Shown here: positions 15,014-24,335 of the stretch, piece by piece
Layout of the letters: each line of letters starts with the position of its first letter
Numbering within the stretch: position 1 is the stretch's first letter
Position numbers and translations under genes: made by a program
The notes under the pieces: model-generated
Databases searched by the model: none
Seen by the model: only the letters and a program-made list of their open reading frames with translations
Told to the model about the DNA's origin: nothing
Source: an uncultured Acidobacteriota bacterium
GTDB lineage: Bacteria; Acidobacteriota; Thermoanaerobaculia; Multivoradales; UBA5704
Direction of reading: 5' to 3'
Length of the DNA stretch: 64,000 nucleotides
NCBI GenBank assembly: GCA_963770895.1
Contig: CAVYRF010000002.1
Coordinates: forward strand, 4,800,001 to 4,864,000

Positions 15014-15309
15014 GACTTTGCGGCTCCGCGGCGCCGGAACATCTTGAGCATCCGGTCGGTGATCAGAAAGCCGCTGACGATGTTGCAGGTCGAGGCGGTG
15101 ACGGCGATGAAGCCCAGCCACTTGCTCAGCGGCGAAGCGTCCTTGGCGCCGGCGACGAGGATCGCGCCCACCACGGCGATGGCCGAGATGGCGTTGGTCA
15201 GCGACATCAGCGGTGTGTGCAGCAGCGGCGACACCCGCTTGATGACCTCCAGACCGAGGAAGGTCGCCAGCATGAAGACGTAGAGGCCAAGCTCCAGGTC
15301 GCTGTTCAT
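15010..15309 (-). CDS. pntA: NAD(P)+ transhydrogenase alpha subunit, membrane part (alpha-2)
   Basis: LLHTPLMSLTNAISAI, GFLITDRMLKMF; AAGGAGGAG RBS. Confidence 0.94.
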   Translation of the reverse strand: MNSDLELGLYVFMLATFLGLEVIKRVSPLLHTPLMSLTNAISAIAVVGAILVAGAKDASPLSKWLGFIAVTASTCNIVSGFLITDRMLKMFRRRGAAKS

Positions 15310-15383
15310 GACAATGCGCTCCTCCTTTGGGAGATGCGGGGCGGTCGCTGTCGGTGTCGCTGGCGGTGGTCGGCGGCGGGGCG

Positions 15384-16697
15384 TCAGCTGGGCGGCGAGG
15401 CGGGGCCGGGGGCCGCCGTGGCTGCGGTGGTCGCCGGCGGTGCCTGCGGCGGCGGCGCGGCCGGAGCGTCGTGCGGTGCCGGCTGGGCCGCGGTGGCCGG
15501 AGCGGTTGGTGCGGCCGGAGCGGCCGGAGCGGCAAGCGGCTCCAGGCCGAGCAGCGGGCGGACGCGTTGGTGGACGACCTGGCTGTCGCGAGTGACCAGC
15601 GTTTCGCGGGTGATTTCGTCGCCGGCGTCGAGCGGGAGCTTGCCTTCGTGCAGCAGGTGGCTCAGAAAGGTGACGACGTTTTTGGCGTACAGCTGGCTGG
15701 CGTGGTACGGGACGGTCGAGGCCAGGTTGAGCGGTCCCAGGATGGTCACGCCATGGTCGACGACGGTCTCTCCCGGCCGCGTCAGCTCGCAATTGCCGCC
15801 GCGCTCGGCTGCCAGGTCCACGATCACCGACCCCGGCGCCATCCCTGCCACCATCTGCGCGGTGACCAGGACGGGCGCGCGCTTGCCGGGCACCGCCGCG
15901 GTCGAGATCACCACGTCGTGGTCGCGCACCGCGCCGGTCATCAGCTCGCGCTGGCGGCGGTAGAAGTCCGCGTCCATCTCCTTGGCGTAGCCGCCGCGGT
16001 CTTCGGCGCCGCCGCTGTCGAGCGCCAGGGAGAGGAACTTGGCGCCGACGCTTTCCACCTGTTCGCGGGAGGCGGGGCGCACATCGTAAGCGGTGACCAC
16101 GGCGCCCAGACGCCGTGCCGTCGCGGCCGCGAACAGCCCGGCGACGCCGGCGCCGATCACCAGCACGCGGGCCGGCGTCACCGTCCCCGCCGCTGTCATC
16201 AGCAGCGGAAACAGCCGCGGCAGCGCGTCGGCGGCGAGCAGCACCGCCTTGTACCCCGCGATCGTCGCCATCGACGACAGCGCATCCATGCTTTGCGCGC
16301 GGGTGATGCGCGGCATCAGCTCAAGCGCCAGCAGGGTGACGCCGCGCTCCGCCAGCGCCGCCGCCGCCTGCGGCTGGCCCAACGGGTCGGCAAAGCCGAT
16401 GACGATCTGTCCGGCGCGCAACCCGGACAGGTCCGGCACGTCGGCGCTGCCCGGCACGCGCACCTGCACCACCACGTCGGCCGCGGCGAGCAGTTCCGCC
16501 CGCGTCGCCGCCAGCCGCGCCCCCTTGTCCGTGTAGGCGGCGTCGGGATAGCCGGCAGCGCTCCCCGCCCCCGCCTCCACCAGCACCTGGGCCCCGGCCT
16601 TGAGCAGCGGCGCCAACACTCCCGGCACCATGGCGACGCGCCGCTCGCCCGCCGCCGTCTCCTTCGGCACTCCGATGATCAGGCTCACGGCACGCAT
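15384..16697 (-). CDS. pntA: NAD(P)+ transhydrogenase alpha subunit, soluble part (alpha-1)
   Basis: IGVPKETAAGERRVA, RITRAQSMDALSS, GAGVAG, DLAAERGGNCE. Confidence 0.95.
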   Translation of the reverse strand: MRAVSLIIGVPKETAAGERRVAMVPGVLAPLLKAGAQVLVEAGAGSAAGYPDAAYTDKGARLAATRAELLAAADVVVQVRVPGSADVPDLSGLRAGQIVIGFADPLGQPQAAAALAERGVTLLALELMPRITRAQSMDALSSMATIAGYKAVLLAADALPRLFPLLMTAAGTVTPARVLVIGAGVAGLFAAATARRLGAVVTAYDVRPASREQVESVGAKFLSLALDSGGAEDRGGYAKEMDADFYRRQRELMTGAVRDHDVVISTAAVPGKRAPVLVTAQMVAGMAPGSVIVDLAAERGGNCELTRPGETVVDHGVTILGPLNLASTVPYHASQLYAKNVVTFLSHLLHEGKLPLDAGDEITRETLVTRDSQVVHQRVRPLLGLEPLAAPAAPAAPTAPATAAQPAPHDAPAAPPPQAPPATTAATAAPGPASPPS

Positions 16698-16850
16698 TGT
16701 ACGACTAAGTTGCTGCCGCGTGAGAAGGGGTTTGCACGGCGGCCGGCGGGCGCGATCGGGGTCGTCGATGGCGGCGCCGGCGCAAGGTCGAAGGCGAGAA
16801 GCCGCGCCCGTCCGCCGGCCGCCCGGCACGTCCGGCGCTTGCCGGATGGC

Positions 16851-18776
16851 TCAGGGGGTGGGGAAGGCGAGGCGGAGGAGGGCGATGCCCAGGGCGCGCG
16901 CGGCGCCGACCATGGCCTGGGGCTTGCGGTCGGTGGTGTTTTCGGGGGTGTCGCCCGAGGCGTGGTAGTAGCGCGAGTAGTCGATCGTCAGGTTGGCGGG
17001 GTCCGGGGTGCCGGGCGACTCCCAGCCGGGGGTCTGGCGCAGATGGCCGGCCTGGTCCCAGGCGGCGGTGTAGACCGTCGTCGCCGGGATGTGGGGGGCG
17101 TCGTCCGGGAGCTCGCCCTGGAAGGCCTGGGGCAGGAAGGCGTACGAATCGGTGCCGCCCTGCGAGGGGTTGGTGGTGTATTCGGGCCAGTAGCCGGGGC
17201 GCCCCACGTAGTCGGCGCCCACCTGGTTGAGCGTGCCCAGGAGGGTGCGGTTCCACGGAATCTCGTTGGATTCGAAGTAGAGCGCGTTGCGCTCCGCGCC
17301 GGTGCCCACCTCGTCGAGGTTGAGCACGCCCAGGCAGTTGCCCAGGCGCTTGCCCTCCCGCGCGACGTAGGCCTCGGACGAGGCGTACTCCGACCCCCAG
17401 ATCGCGAACCGCAGCGCCACGCGCGGCGGCGCCAGGCGGCCTTCGCGGATCAGCAGCGTGTAGGCGCGCGCCAGCTCCAGCACCACCGCATCGCCCGAGC
17501 CGTTGTCGTCGGCGCCGGGCCCGCCGGAGTCCGAGTCGCCGTGGGCGCAGATCAGGTAGTAGTGATCGTTGTCGCGGCCGGGAACGGTCGCGATGACGGT
17601 GCGCGGCTGCCCGCGCCGCACGGTCGAGCGCAACGCCAGGTGCACGCGCGCCCCGTTGCCGGCCGCGGTCAGGCGCTCCCCGTCCTGCCAGGAGACGGCG
17701 AACACCGGAATCGGCCGCTGGGCGACGCCGTTGACGACCTGGGCCCCCGGCGGCGCCGGCAGCGATTCCAGCCGCGCCGAGTCGAGATACCGCCGCCGGT
17801 CGCCGGGAGCGCTGGTCAGGATCGCCAGCGGCCGGTCGGCGCCGGTGGCCAGAGCCGCATAGGCGCCCAGCATGTTGCCGGGCACGAACAGCACCTTGCC
17901 GCGCCATTCGGGGTGCGGCACCATCACCTGGTCCTTGCTGTTGGCCGGTTCGCCGCGCCCGTTGTCGTCGGCAGCGGCGGCGTCGGTCCCCGCGGCGGCG
18001 CCGGCGCCGCCAGCACCGCCGGCACTTGTGCCTCCAGAGCTACCGGCGCTTCCTGCATTGCCGGGACTGCCGGCGCTGCCGGCGCTGGCGGGCGGCGCCG
18101 CGGCCGCGCTCTTGCGTGGCGCCTTGAGGCCGCCGGGCAGCACGACCAGCTGCGCGGTCACCGGTTCCAGCGAGGGAGAAAAGCCGTATGGATAGGCGGT
18201 TGCCAGCTTGCCTCCGGGTTCCAGCTGGACGCTCCAGCTGTCTTCCCAATGCACCGCGTGCGGCGGGTCCTCCACGACCTCGACCGCGACGCCCGCCGTC
18301 TTGAAGGCGGCGGCCAGGTATGCCGCCGCGCGGTCCCCGGAGGGCGTGCCCCCCATGCGCGGGCCGATCTGCACCAGGTCGTGGACGGTCTGCGCCATCC
18401 GCTTGACGTCGATCGCGCCGGCCATCAGCGCCTCCTGCGCCGGGGGAACGAAAGGCTTGGCAGCGGACCGCACGACGAGCGCCGGCGCGGTCGGCGCCGC
18501 GGTCGCAGGAGACGGCGGAGCGGCCGCCGGCGCTGCCGCGGCGGGGGATGCCGGAGCCGCGGATGCCTTGGCAACCGGCGCGGCGGGTGCGGATGCCGAT
18601 GGCGGCGCCGGTTGGGTCGGAGCCGCCGCGGTTGCCAGGACCACCTGCGCGGTGGCGAGCGCCGGTGTCACCAGGGCGGCCCCGGCGCCGGCCAGGAGCG
18701 TGGCGACTGCGCTCCACACGCCGATCAAGACGGAGGTGGAACGGCCCGCGCGGCCGCGCGGTGAACCCTGCACCAT
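16851..18776 (-). CDS. secreted M28-family peptidase with PA-like insert
   Basis: signal-like N-terminus; ICAHGDSD..PGADDNGSG, WGSE, LNLDEVG, TDS, YHASGDT. Confidence 0.85.
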   Translation of the reverse strand: MVQGSPRGRAGRSTSVLIGVWSAVATLLAGAGAALVTPALATAQVVLATAAAPTQPAPPSASAPAAPVAKASAAPASPAAAAPAAAPPSPATAAPTAPALVVRSAAKPFVPPAQEALMAGAIDVKRMAQTVHDLVQIGPRMGGTPSGDRAAAYLAAAFKTAGVAVEVVEDPPHAVHWEDSWSVQLEPGGKLATAYPYGFSPSLEPVTAQLVVLPGGLKAPRKSAAAAPPASAGSAGSPGNAGSAGSSGGTSAGGAGGAGAAAGTDAAAADDNGRGEPANSKDQVMVPHPEWRGKVLFVPGNMLGAYAALATGADRPLAILTSAPGDRRRYLDSARLESLPAPPGAQVVNGVAQRPIPVFAVSWQDGERLTAAGNGARVHLALRSTVRRGQPRTVIATVPGRDNDHYYLICAHGDSDSGGPGADDNGSGDAVVLELARAYTLLIREGRLAPPRVALRFAIWGSEYASSEAYVAREGKRLGNCLGVLNLDEVGTGAERNALYFESNEIPWNRTLLGTLNQVGADYVGRPGYWPEYTTNPSQGGTDSYAFLPQAFQGELPDDAPHIPATTVYTAAWDQAGHLRQTPGWESPGTPDPANLTIDYSRYYHASGDTPENTTDRKPQAMVGAARALGIALLRLAFPTP

Positions 18777-18893
18777 GTTGCCTTGGCACTCGATCATTGC
18801 AGTGGTCCCCTGGCGGCGACGACCTGGCCGGAACGTGATCTGACGGCGTGAACGGCGCGCGCACAGGCAGCGGCGCGCGCCGGGGTGCGTGCT

Positions 18894-19085
18894 CTAGCGG
18901 TGGTGGTGGCGCCGATGGTGGCGCGGGTGATGGTGGCGCCGCGGATGATGATGGCGCCGGTGGTGGACGCCGATCGAGCGCTCTCCCGGGAAGTGGTGGT
19001 TGACCAGCGACTGGGCTGAGGCGCGGGAGGCCGCGGGAAGCATGCAGATCGCGGCGAGCAGGACGGCAAACAGGACTTTCTTCAC
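18894..19085 (-). CDS. small secreted His/Arg-rich peptide
   Basis: GGAAGGAG RBS before GTG; MKKVLFAVLLAAICMLPAASRASA signal peptide, then ...HHRRHHHPRRHHHPRHHRRHHHR. Confidence 0.75.
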   Translation of the reverse strand: MKKVLFAVLLAAICMLPAASRASAQSLVNHHFPGERSIGVHHRRHHHPRRHHHPRHHRRHHHR

Positions 19086-19176
19086 AAACGCTCCTTCCAA
19101 GGCAGATCCCTGACGAACGACGACGAATCGATGCAAACCCCCAAGCGGGCGTGCCTCCCGTTGAGTCGCGACGGGC

Positions 19177-19431
19177 TCATTGTAATGCTTTGGCAGCATC
19201 CGCTTCAACGAGCGCCGGGAAGCTGAGCGCGGCCGCGGCGCCCGGCGGCGGCCGCGCGGTGTCGCGTTCGGCGTTCTGCTTGATCTGGTCCAGGACCCGG
19301 CGGTGGATGCGGTGAAGGATCATGTCGGACCACAGCCGCCAGTAGGCGGCGGGCACCCGCGTCCCCCAGGCGGCAAGGCCGATCGCCACGACCGCGACGA
19401 CCAGCCATCCAACGATCCCCATGACAGCCAT
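19177..19431 (-). pseudogene. short membrane ORF, probable internally deleted remnant of a larger (SRPBCC-like) gene
   Basis: GGAGG RBS, good promoter and operator; a TM helix is joined directly to PAAYWRLWSDMILHRIHRRVLDQIK, which resembles the C-terminal helix of longer SRPBCC-like proteins (from recall). Confidence 0.45.
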
Positions 19432-19442
19432 GGTGGCCTCCC

Positions 19443-19480
19443 AAATTTGAACGAGCTCAATATTGAACGCGTTCAAATTT
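19443..19480. promoter_or_regulatory. double TetR-type operator
   Basis: AAATTTGAACG...CGTTCAAATTT perfect 11-bp inverted repeat containing TTGAACGAGCTCAA and TTGAACGCGTTCAA; lies between divergent genes. Confidence 0.8.
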
Positions 19481-19509
19481 AGGATAGGCTGCCGCCGCGG
19501 AGGTGTCAA
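19481..19509 (-). promoter_or_regulatory. sigma70 promoter abutting the operator
   Basis: minus strand TTGACA-17 nt-TATCCT. Confidence 0.7.
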
Positions 19510-19625
19510 GAGGAGACTTCTGCTAGCCTCGTTCTGCGCCGGCCCGCCGCGTCCGCGCCCTGGTGGCAGGGTTCCCGGCGACCGGTGCGATGACGGCGCG
19601 GTCAAGGTAGAGGGCGAGAGGTTCG

Positions 19626-20366
19626 ATGGAGCCGAACGAGGGCGCCGGGGAGGTTGCGATCCCGGCGGAGGCAGAGGGCGGCAAGTCCTGGACGCGCAAG
19701 GGGGTGCAGACCCGCGCGCAGATCCTGGACGCGGCGCTGACTCTGTTTCGCGATCGGGGCTTCGAGGCGACGACGATGCGCGCCATCGCCGACAGCGCCG
19801 GCGTGGCGATGGGCAACGCCTATTACTACTTCCGCTCCAAGGAGTACCTGGTCCAGGAGCTGTATCGCCGTACGCACGAGGAACACCAGGCGGCCTTTGC
19901 GCCGCTGCTGGCCGGCGAGGGGAATTTCAAGCGGCGGCTGCTGATCGTGATGCGCGCCAAGGTGGACACGCTGATGCCGTACCACCGGTTTGCCGGCGTC
20001 CTTTTCAAGACCGCGGCCGACCCGGCGAGCCCGCTCAATCCATTCAGCGGCGCGTCCGATGCGCTGCGGCGCGATGCCGTGGCGGTGTTTGCCGAGGTCG
20101 TGGCGGGGTCGCGCCTGCGGATGGCAAAAGAGCTGCGGCAGGAGCTGCCGCGCCTGCTCTGGCTCTACCACATGGGCGTGATCCTGTACTGGATCCACGA
20201 CTCGTCGCCGGGCTGCCGGGCTACCTACCGGCTGGTCGGCGGCAGCGTCGACCTGATCGATCGCCTGATCAGCCTGTCGCGCCTGCCCATCGCCCGCGGG
20301 TTGGTGTTGTCCGCCCTGCGGCTGGCCGCCGAGCTGCGGCCGGATCCCGCCGGAGGCGCGGAGTGA
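19626..20366 (+). CDS. TetR/AcrR family regulator
   Basis: TRAQILDAALTLFRDRGFEATTMRAIADSAGVAMGNAYYYFRSKE. Confidence 0.93.
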   Translation: MEPNEGAGEVAIPAEAEGGKSWTRKGVQTRAQILDAALTLFRDRGFEATTMRAIADSAGVAMGNAYYYFRSKEYLVQELYRRTHEEHQAAFAPLLAGEGNFKRRLLIVMRAKVDTLMPYHRFAGVLFKTAADPASPLNPFSGASDALRRDAVAVFAEVVAGSRLRMAKELRQELPRLLWLYHMGVILYWIHDSSPGCRATYRLVGGSVDLIDRLISLSRLPIARGLVLSALRLAAELRPDPAGGAE

Positions 20367-20540
20367 GCACCGGGCGGGGGAGGGAGCAGTGCGCGCTGGT
20401 GGCTGGGTTCAGGTGGGCGGGCGCCCCTGGGAGCGACGCGGCGAACCAGCCGATTGCCGCGGCTCCCAGGGGCGCCCGCCGATGGTGGGGCGGTGGGGTG
20501 GGTCGATGCAGGCGAGGGCGTCGATCCGTGGATCAGGCGA

Positions 20541-20873
20541 TCAGACGTTGCCCTGGAAGTAGACGACGAAGTTGCTGCCGGCGTTGTTCGGCGAGGCGAT
20601 GTAGTAGTTGTTGTCGCCGGTCGCCACCTTGCTGGCGTCGAAGGTCCCCGCCTGGGTGAGCGCGGCGACGATCTCGTCGTTGGCGCCGCCCTTGTCGTGG
20701 ACCAGGGTGGCGGTGATGCCGGGCGCGCCGGAGGTGCCGGTGAAATACGAGGTGATGACTCCCGACGAAGGCACCGCCAGGAACACAAAGTCGGTGCCCG
20801 CGCGATTCTTCTGTCCGGACAGCGGCTGGGCTTCGGCGGCGGTGGCGGCGATCGATTGGACGCTCATGGTCAT
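20541..20873 (-). CDS. hypothetical beta-rich protein, paralog A (110 aa)
   Basis: AAGGAG RBS; clear paralogy with 20899-21216 (SGQKxR, VPSSG, DASK, YYxAxP, FVVYF). Confidence 0.85.
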   Translation of the reverse strand: MTMSVQSIAATAAEAQPLSGQKNRAGTDFVFLAVPSSGVITSYFTGTSGAPGITATLVHDKGGANDEIVAALTQAGTFDASKVATGDNNYYIASPNNAGSNFVVYFQGNV

Positions 20874-20898
20874 GGTCTCCTTGTGGTTTGGCGCGGCA

Positions 20899-21216
20899 TC
20901 AGGCGCTGAAGTAGACGACGAAGTCTTCGCTCGCCCCCGACGGGTCGGCGAGGTAGTAGGTGTTGCTGGCGTCAATCTTCGACGCGTCGATGACGCCGCC
21001 CGTCGCGAAGCCGCCGATGAGCTTGTCGGAGCCGAGGCTGACGTCCTGATAGAGGTTGGCGTTGATCGCGCCGGCGTTGGGCGTGCCGTCGATGGTGGCG
21101 GTCAGATCGCCGCTCGACGGCACTCCCGGCAGGAACTGGAAGTTGGGACCCGAGCGGTGCTTCTGCCCGGACTCCGTGGAACTGCCCGAGATCGCGGCTC
21201 CCCAGGGCTGACTCAT
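20899..21216 (-). CDS. hypothetical beta-rich protein, paralog B (105 aa)
   Basis: AAAGGAGAA RBS before MSQPWGAA; paralog of the downstream gene; buried inside a spurious long ORF in the track. Confidence 0.85.
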   Translation of the reverse strand: MSQPWGAAISGSSTESGQKHRSGPNFQFLPGVPSSGDLTATIDGTPNAGAINANLYQDVSLGSDKLIGGFATGGVIDASKIDASNTYYLADPSGASEDFVVYFSA

Positions 21217-21491
21217 GGTGGCTTCTCCTTTTTCTGGTCGTGGACGACCGGTTTGTCGGCGGCCGGTCCGGCGATCCTGTTCGCGGCGCCGGCGCGCCTC
21301 CGTCGCACCGTTAGTGGGACGACCCGGCCGTCTATCGCACCCCACCTGGCACGCCGGCGGATTCGCCGGTCCGTCGCCCGCGGGGCGGAGGGCCGCGGTG
21401 GGCTGCCGGGGGCGGCAGGGTCTCTGGCAGGGCCGCGAGACGCCCACGGCGGAAGGCGCGATCCGACCGGGGCGCTGGCAGGCGTGCGGCG

Positions 21492-23294
21492 ATGACCCCC
21501 TTGGCCGCGTTGGGTCCCGAGGTGCGCAGCCTCGACGAGGTGCTGGCGCTGCGCGCCGCCGCGGCGCCCGATACGCTGGCCTTCGGCGCCGGCGACGAGC
21601 GGCTGACGTTCGGCGGCTTGGACAGTGCGGCGACAGCGCTGGCCGCCGCCATCGCGCGGTGCGGCGTGGGCGCCGGCGACCGGGTGGTGCTGCTGCTCCC
21701 CGCCGGGCTCGGTTTCGTGCGGGTGTTCTTCGCCCTGCAAAGGCTGGCCGCGGTGCCGCATGCGCTGTCGCCGGCGCTGCCGGCGGCGACGGCGGCGCGG
21801 AGCGCCGCCCGGGTGCGCCCACGGCTGGTGATCGCCAGCACGGCCGGCGGCGCCGCCGGCCGAGAGCTGCTGGCCGCCGCCGCCGCGGCAGGGTTGGCGG
21901 CGGTCGATCTCGCCACGCTCGCCGGCGCCGATTCCGTTGATGGCGCTGGTGGCGCTGGTGGTGGTGGCGCCGGTAGCGCTGATGGCCCTGGCGGCGGTGG
22001 TGGCGCCGCGCCGGTGCCCGCGACGGCGGCCGGGCCGGACGCGCCGGCATTCCTCCAGGCCACCTCGGGAACGGCGGGGGAGCCGCGCGCGGCGATCATC
22101 CTGCAGCGCAACGTGCTGGCATCGCTGGCGGCGGCGCGCGACCGACTGGCCTTCGGGCCGGCCGACGTGTTGGTCGGCTGGGTGCCGCCGTGGCACGACC
22201 TGGGGCTGCTGCGCTTCATTCTGGGACCGGTCTACTTCGGAGCGCCCTGCCACCTGGTGCCGCCCGCCATCAGCACCATCCCGCTCTGGCTGCGCACGGC
22301 GGCCGCGGTGCGCGCCACGATCCTGGGCGCGCCGGACTTCGCCTATCGCCTGGCTGTCCGGCTGGTGGACCCGGCGGGGCTCGACCTTTCGGCCCTCCGC
22401 TATGCCACCAACGGCGGCGAGCCCGTGCGCCGGAGCACCATCGAGGCCTTCGAAAGCCGCTTCGGCCTGTCGCGCGTCGTGCGGCCGGGCTACGGCCTGG
22501 CGGAGGCGACCCTCGGCGTCACCTGTCTGGCTCCCGGCGAGCCGCTGCGCGTGGATGCCCGCGGCAACGTCTCCTGCGGCCGGCCCCTCCCCGGCGTCGA
22601 GATCCGCATCGCCCCGCCGGCGCTGCCAGAGGAGCCGGCCGGCGGCGCCGGCGGCGGCGGGAGTGGCGGCGGCGACGGCAGCGACGGCAGGGACGGGAGG
22701 GCGGCCACTGCCGGCAGGGGTGGGAGCGACCGGGGGGCGCGGGGGGAGACCGCGGACTGGCAGGCCAGCGGTGTGGCCGGCGAGATCCTGGTGCGCGGCC
22801 CCGGCGTGTTCGCCGGGTATTTCGACGGCGGCGATGCGAGCCGCGAGGTGCTGCGGGAGGGCTGGCTGCACACCGGTGACCTGGGGCTGCTCGATCGGGA
22901 CGGGCATCTCTACGTGCTCGGCCGCCAGCGCGCCATGCTCAAGCGCGGCGGGGCGCCCCTGGCGCCGCGCGAGGTCGAAGAAGCGGCGGAGCGAGTGGCC
23001 GGGGTGCGCGGCGCGGCAGCCGTCGCCCTGCCCGCCGGCGACGTCGCCGTCACCGAGGAGATCGTGCTGGTGGTCGAAGCCCATGCCTCTGGCGCCGCGG
23101 CGGCCCTGGCGGCGCAAGTCGCCGCGGCGGTGGAGACGGCGCTCGGCTTTGCGCCCACCCGCGTGCTGGTCGTGGCGCCGCGCGGCATTGCGCGCACCGC
23201 CAACGGCAAGCTCCGCTACGACGAGATCCGCCGCGCCCTCCTTACCGGCGAGCTGCTGCACAGCGGCGCCGTGCTCTTCGGCCGCCCCACCTGA
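21492..23294 (+). CDS. fatty acyl-AMP ligase-like AMP-binding enzyme
   Basis: FLQATSGTAGEPR, WVPPWHDLGL, GGEPV, PGYGLAEAT, WLHTGDLG, RTANGKLR. Confidence 0.88.
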   Translation: MTPLAALGPEVRSLDEVLALRAAAAPDTLAFGAGDERLTFGGLDSAATALAAAIARCGVGAGDRVVLLLPAGLGFVRVFFALQRLAAVPHALSPALPAATAARSAARVRPRLVIASTAGGAAGRELLAAAAAAGLAAVDLATLAGADSVDGAGGAGGGGAGSADGPGGGGGAAPVPATAAGPDAPAFLQATSGTAGEPRAAIILQRNVLASLAAARDRLAFGPADVLVGWVPPWHDLGLLRFILGPVYFGAPCHLVPPAISTIPLWLRTAAAVRATILGAPDFAYRLAVRLVDPAGLDLSALRYATNGGEPVRRSTIEAFESRFGLSRVVRPGYGLAEATLGVTCLAPGEPLRVDARGNVSCGRPLPGVEIRIAPPALPEEPAGGAGGGGSGGGDGSDGRDGRAATAGRGGSDRGARGETADWQASGVAGEILVRGPGVFAGYFDGGDASREVLREGWLHTGDLGLLDRDGHLYVLGRQRAMLKRGGAPLAPREVEEAAERVAGVRGAAAVALPAGDVAVTEEIVLVVEAHASGAAAALAAQVAAAVETALGFAPTRVLVVAPRGIARTANGKLRYDEIRRALLTGELLHSGAVLFGRPT

Positions 23295-23351
23295 GCAACG
23301 GCCGCCCGCCGCCTGCGGACTGCAGCCTGAAGGCCGGCCGGCGCGGCGTGG

Positions 23352-24335
23352 TCAGGCGGTACCGAGCAGCGCGCGCAGCAGGCCGAGACTCAGGTCGCCG
23401 GGGGCGGCCAGCAGATGGCGCTCCAGCCAGGCGGCCGCGGCGCCGGCGAGAGCGGCGTCGCGCTCGCGATCGGCAGGGGGCGAGTCCGGCGGGCCGTCAT
23501 GGTTCGGGCTGCGGTGGCTCGGGCCGCCGGCGCGCGGGAGGTTATCGAGCGGGTCAAGGTGGTAAAGCGGGTCAAGGGAGTCGAGCGGCGCGAGCGGCGG
23601 GCCGACGATCGTGTCGAGACCGTGGGCGGACCAGCGCACCACGATGGGTTGGAGCGGTGCGGCGGCGAGCCGCGCCAGGGCGAAGGGGCCGCGCGCCAGG
23701 TGCATGGGGCGACCCAGGCAGCTGGTTGCGATGGTGGCGGTGGGACCGTCGGCGAGGTCGGCCGCCAGGGCGACGAGTCCGCCCTGGCGCAGGTGGTCGA
23801 GGCCGCGGAGGAACGCCTTGGCGCGCGCCTGCTCGCCGCCCGCGGTCGAGACGACGGCCAGCGGTGGACGGGGCTCGTGCAGCAGGCCGTGGCGGAAACG
23901 CAGCGCGGGCGCGGGCAGGCGTTCGAGGGCCGCGCCCAGCGCCTGCACGGCGCCGACGTGGAAGGTGCAGAGGACCAGGGGCGGGCGCAGCTCGGCAAGG
24001 GCCGGCGCGCTCCGCACCAGGGCGGCGACCGCCGCCAGGCCGCGGTGCCGGATCAGCTCGACCACCAGGCGGTTGCGCGCCTCGGCGGCGCCGATCGTGC
24101 GGGCGACGCGGGCCGCGGCCGCGCGGTCCAGGTGGGGGAAGAGCTGGGCGACCTGCTCCACGCTCGGCCAGGCGCCGGAGAGCCGGTTGCGCATCCTGCC
24201 CACGGCTGCCGCGGCGCCCAGAGCCGGCAGCGCCCGGCGCGGCGAGCCGGCCGCCGCGAACACCGTCAGGCCGCGCTCCAGGGCGTCGAAGGCGTGCCGT
24301 GCGGCGCTGCGGCCGGCTCCGCGGCGCTCGCTCAA
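23352..24335 (-). CDS. LpxL/LPLAT-like acyltransferase
   Basis: LVLCTFHVGA, LRQGGLVALAAD, CLGRPMHLARGPFALARLAAAPLQP, WLERHLLAAP; TTG start coupled to the ACP stop (start inferred). Confidence 0.65.
   Translation of the reverse strand: MSERRGAGRSAARHAFDALERGLTVFAAAGSPRRALPALGAAAAVGRMRNRLSGAWPSVEQVAQLFPHLDRAAAARVARTIGAAEARNRLVVELIRHRGLAAVAALVRSAPALAELRPPLVLCTFHVGAVQALGAALERLPAPALRFRHGLLHEPRPPLAVVSTAGGEQARAKAFLRGLDHLRQGGLVALAADLADGPTATIATSCLGRPMHLARGPFALARLAAAPLQPIVVRWSAHGLDTIVGPPLAPLDSLDPLYHLDPLDNLPRAGGPSHRSPNHDGPPDSPPADRERDAALAGAAAAWLERHLLAAPGDLSLGLLRALLGTA

Noticed and set aside
15327-18764. 1145-aa plus-strand ORF
   Set aside because: Antisense shadow of pntA and the M28 peptidase
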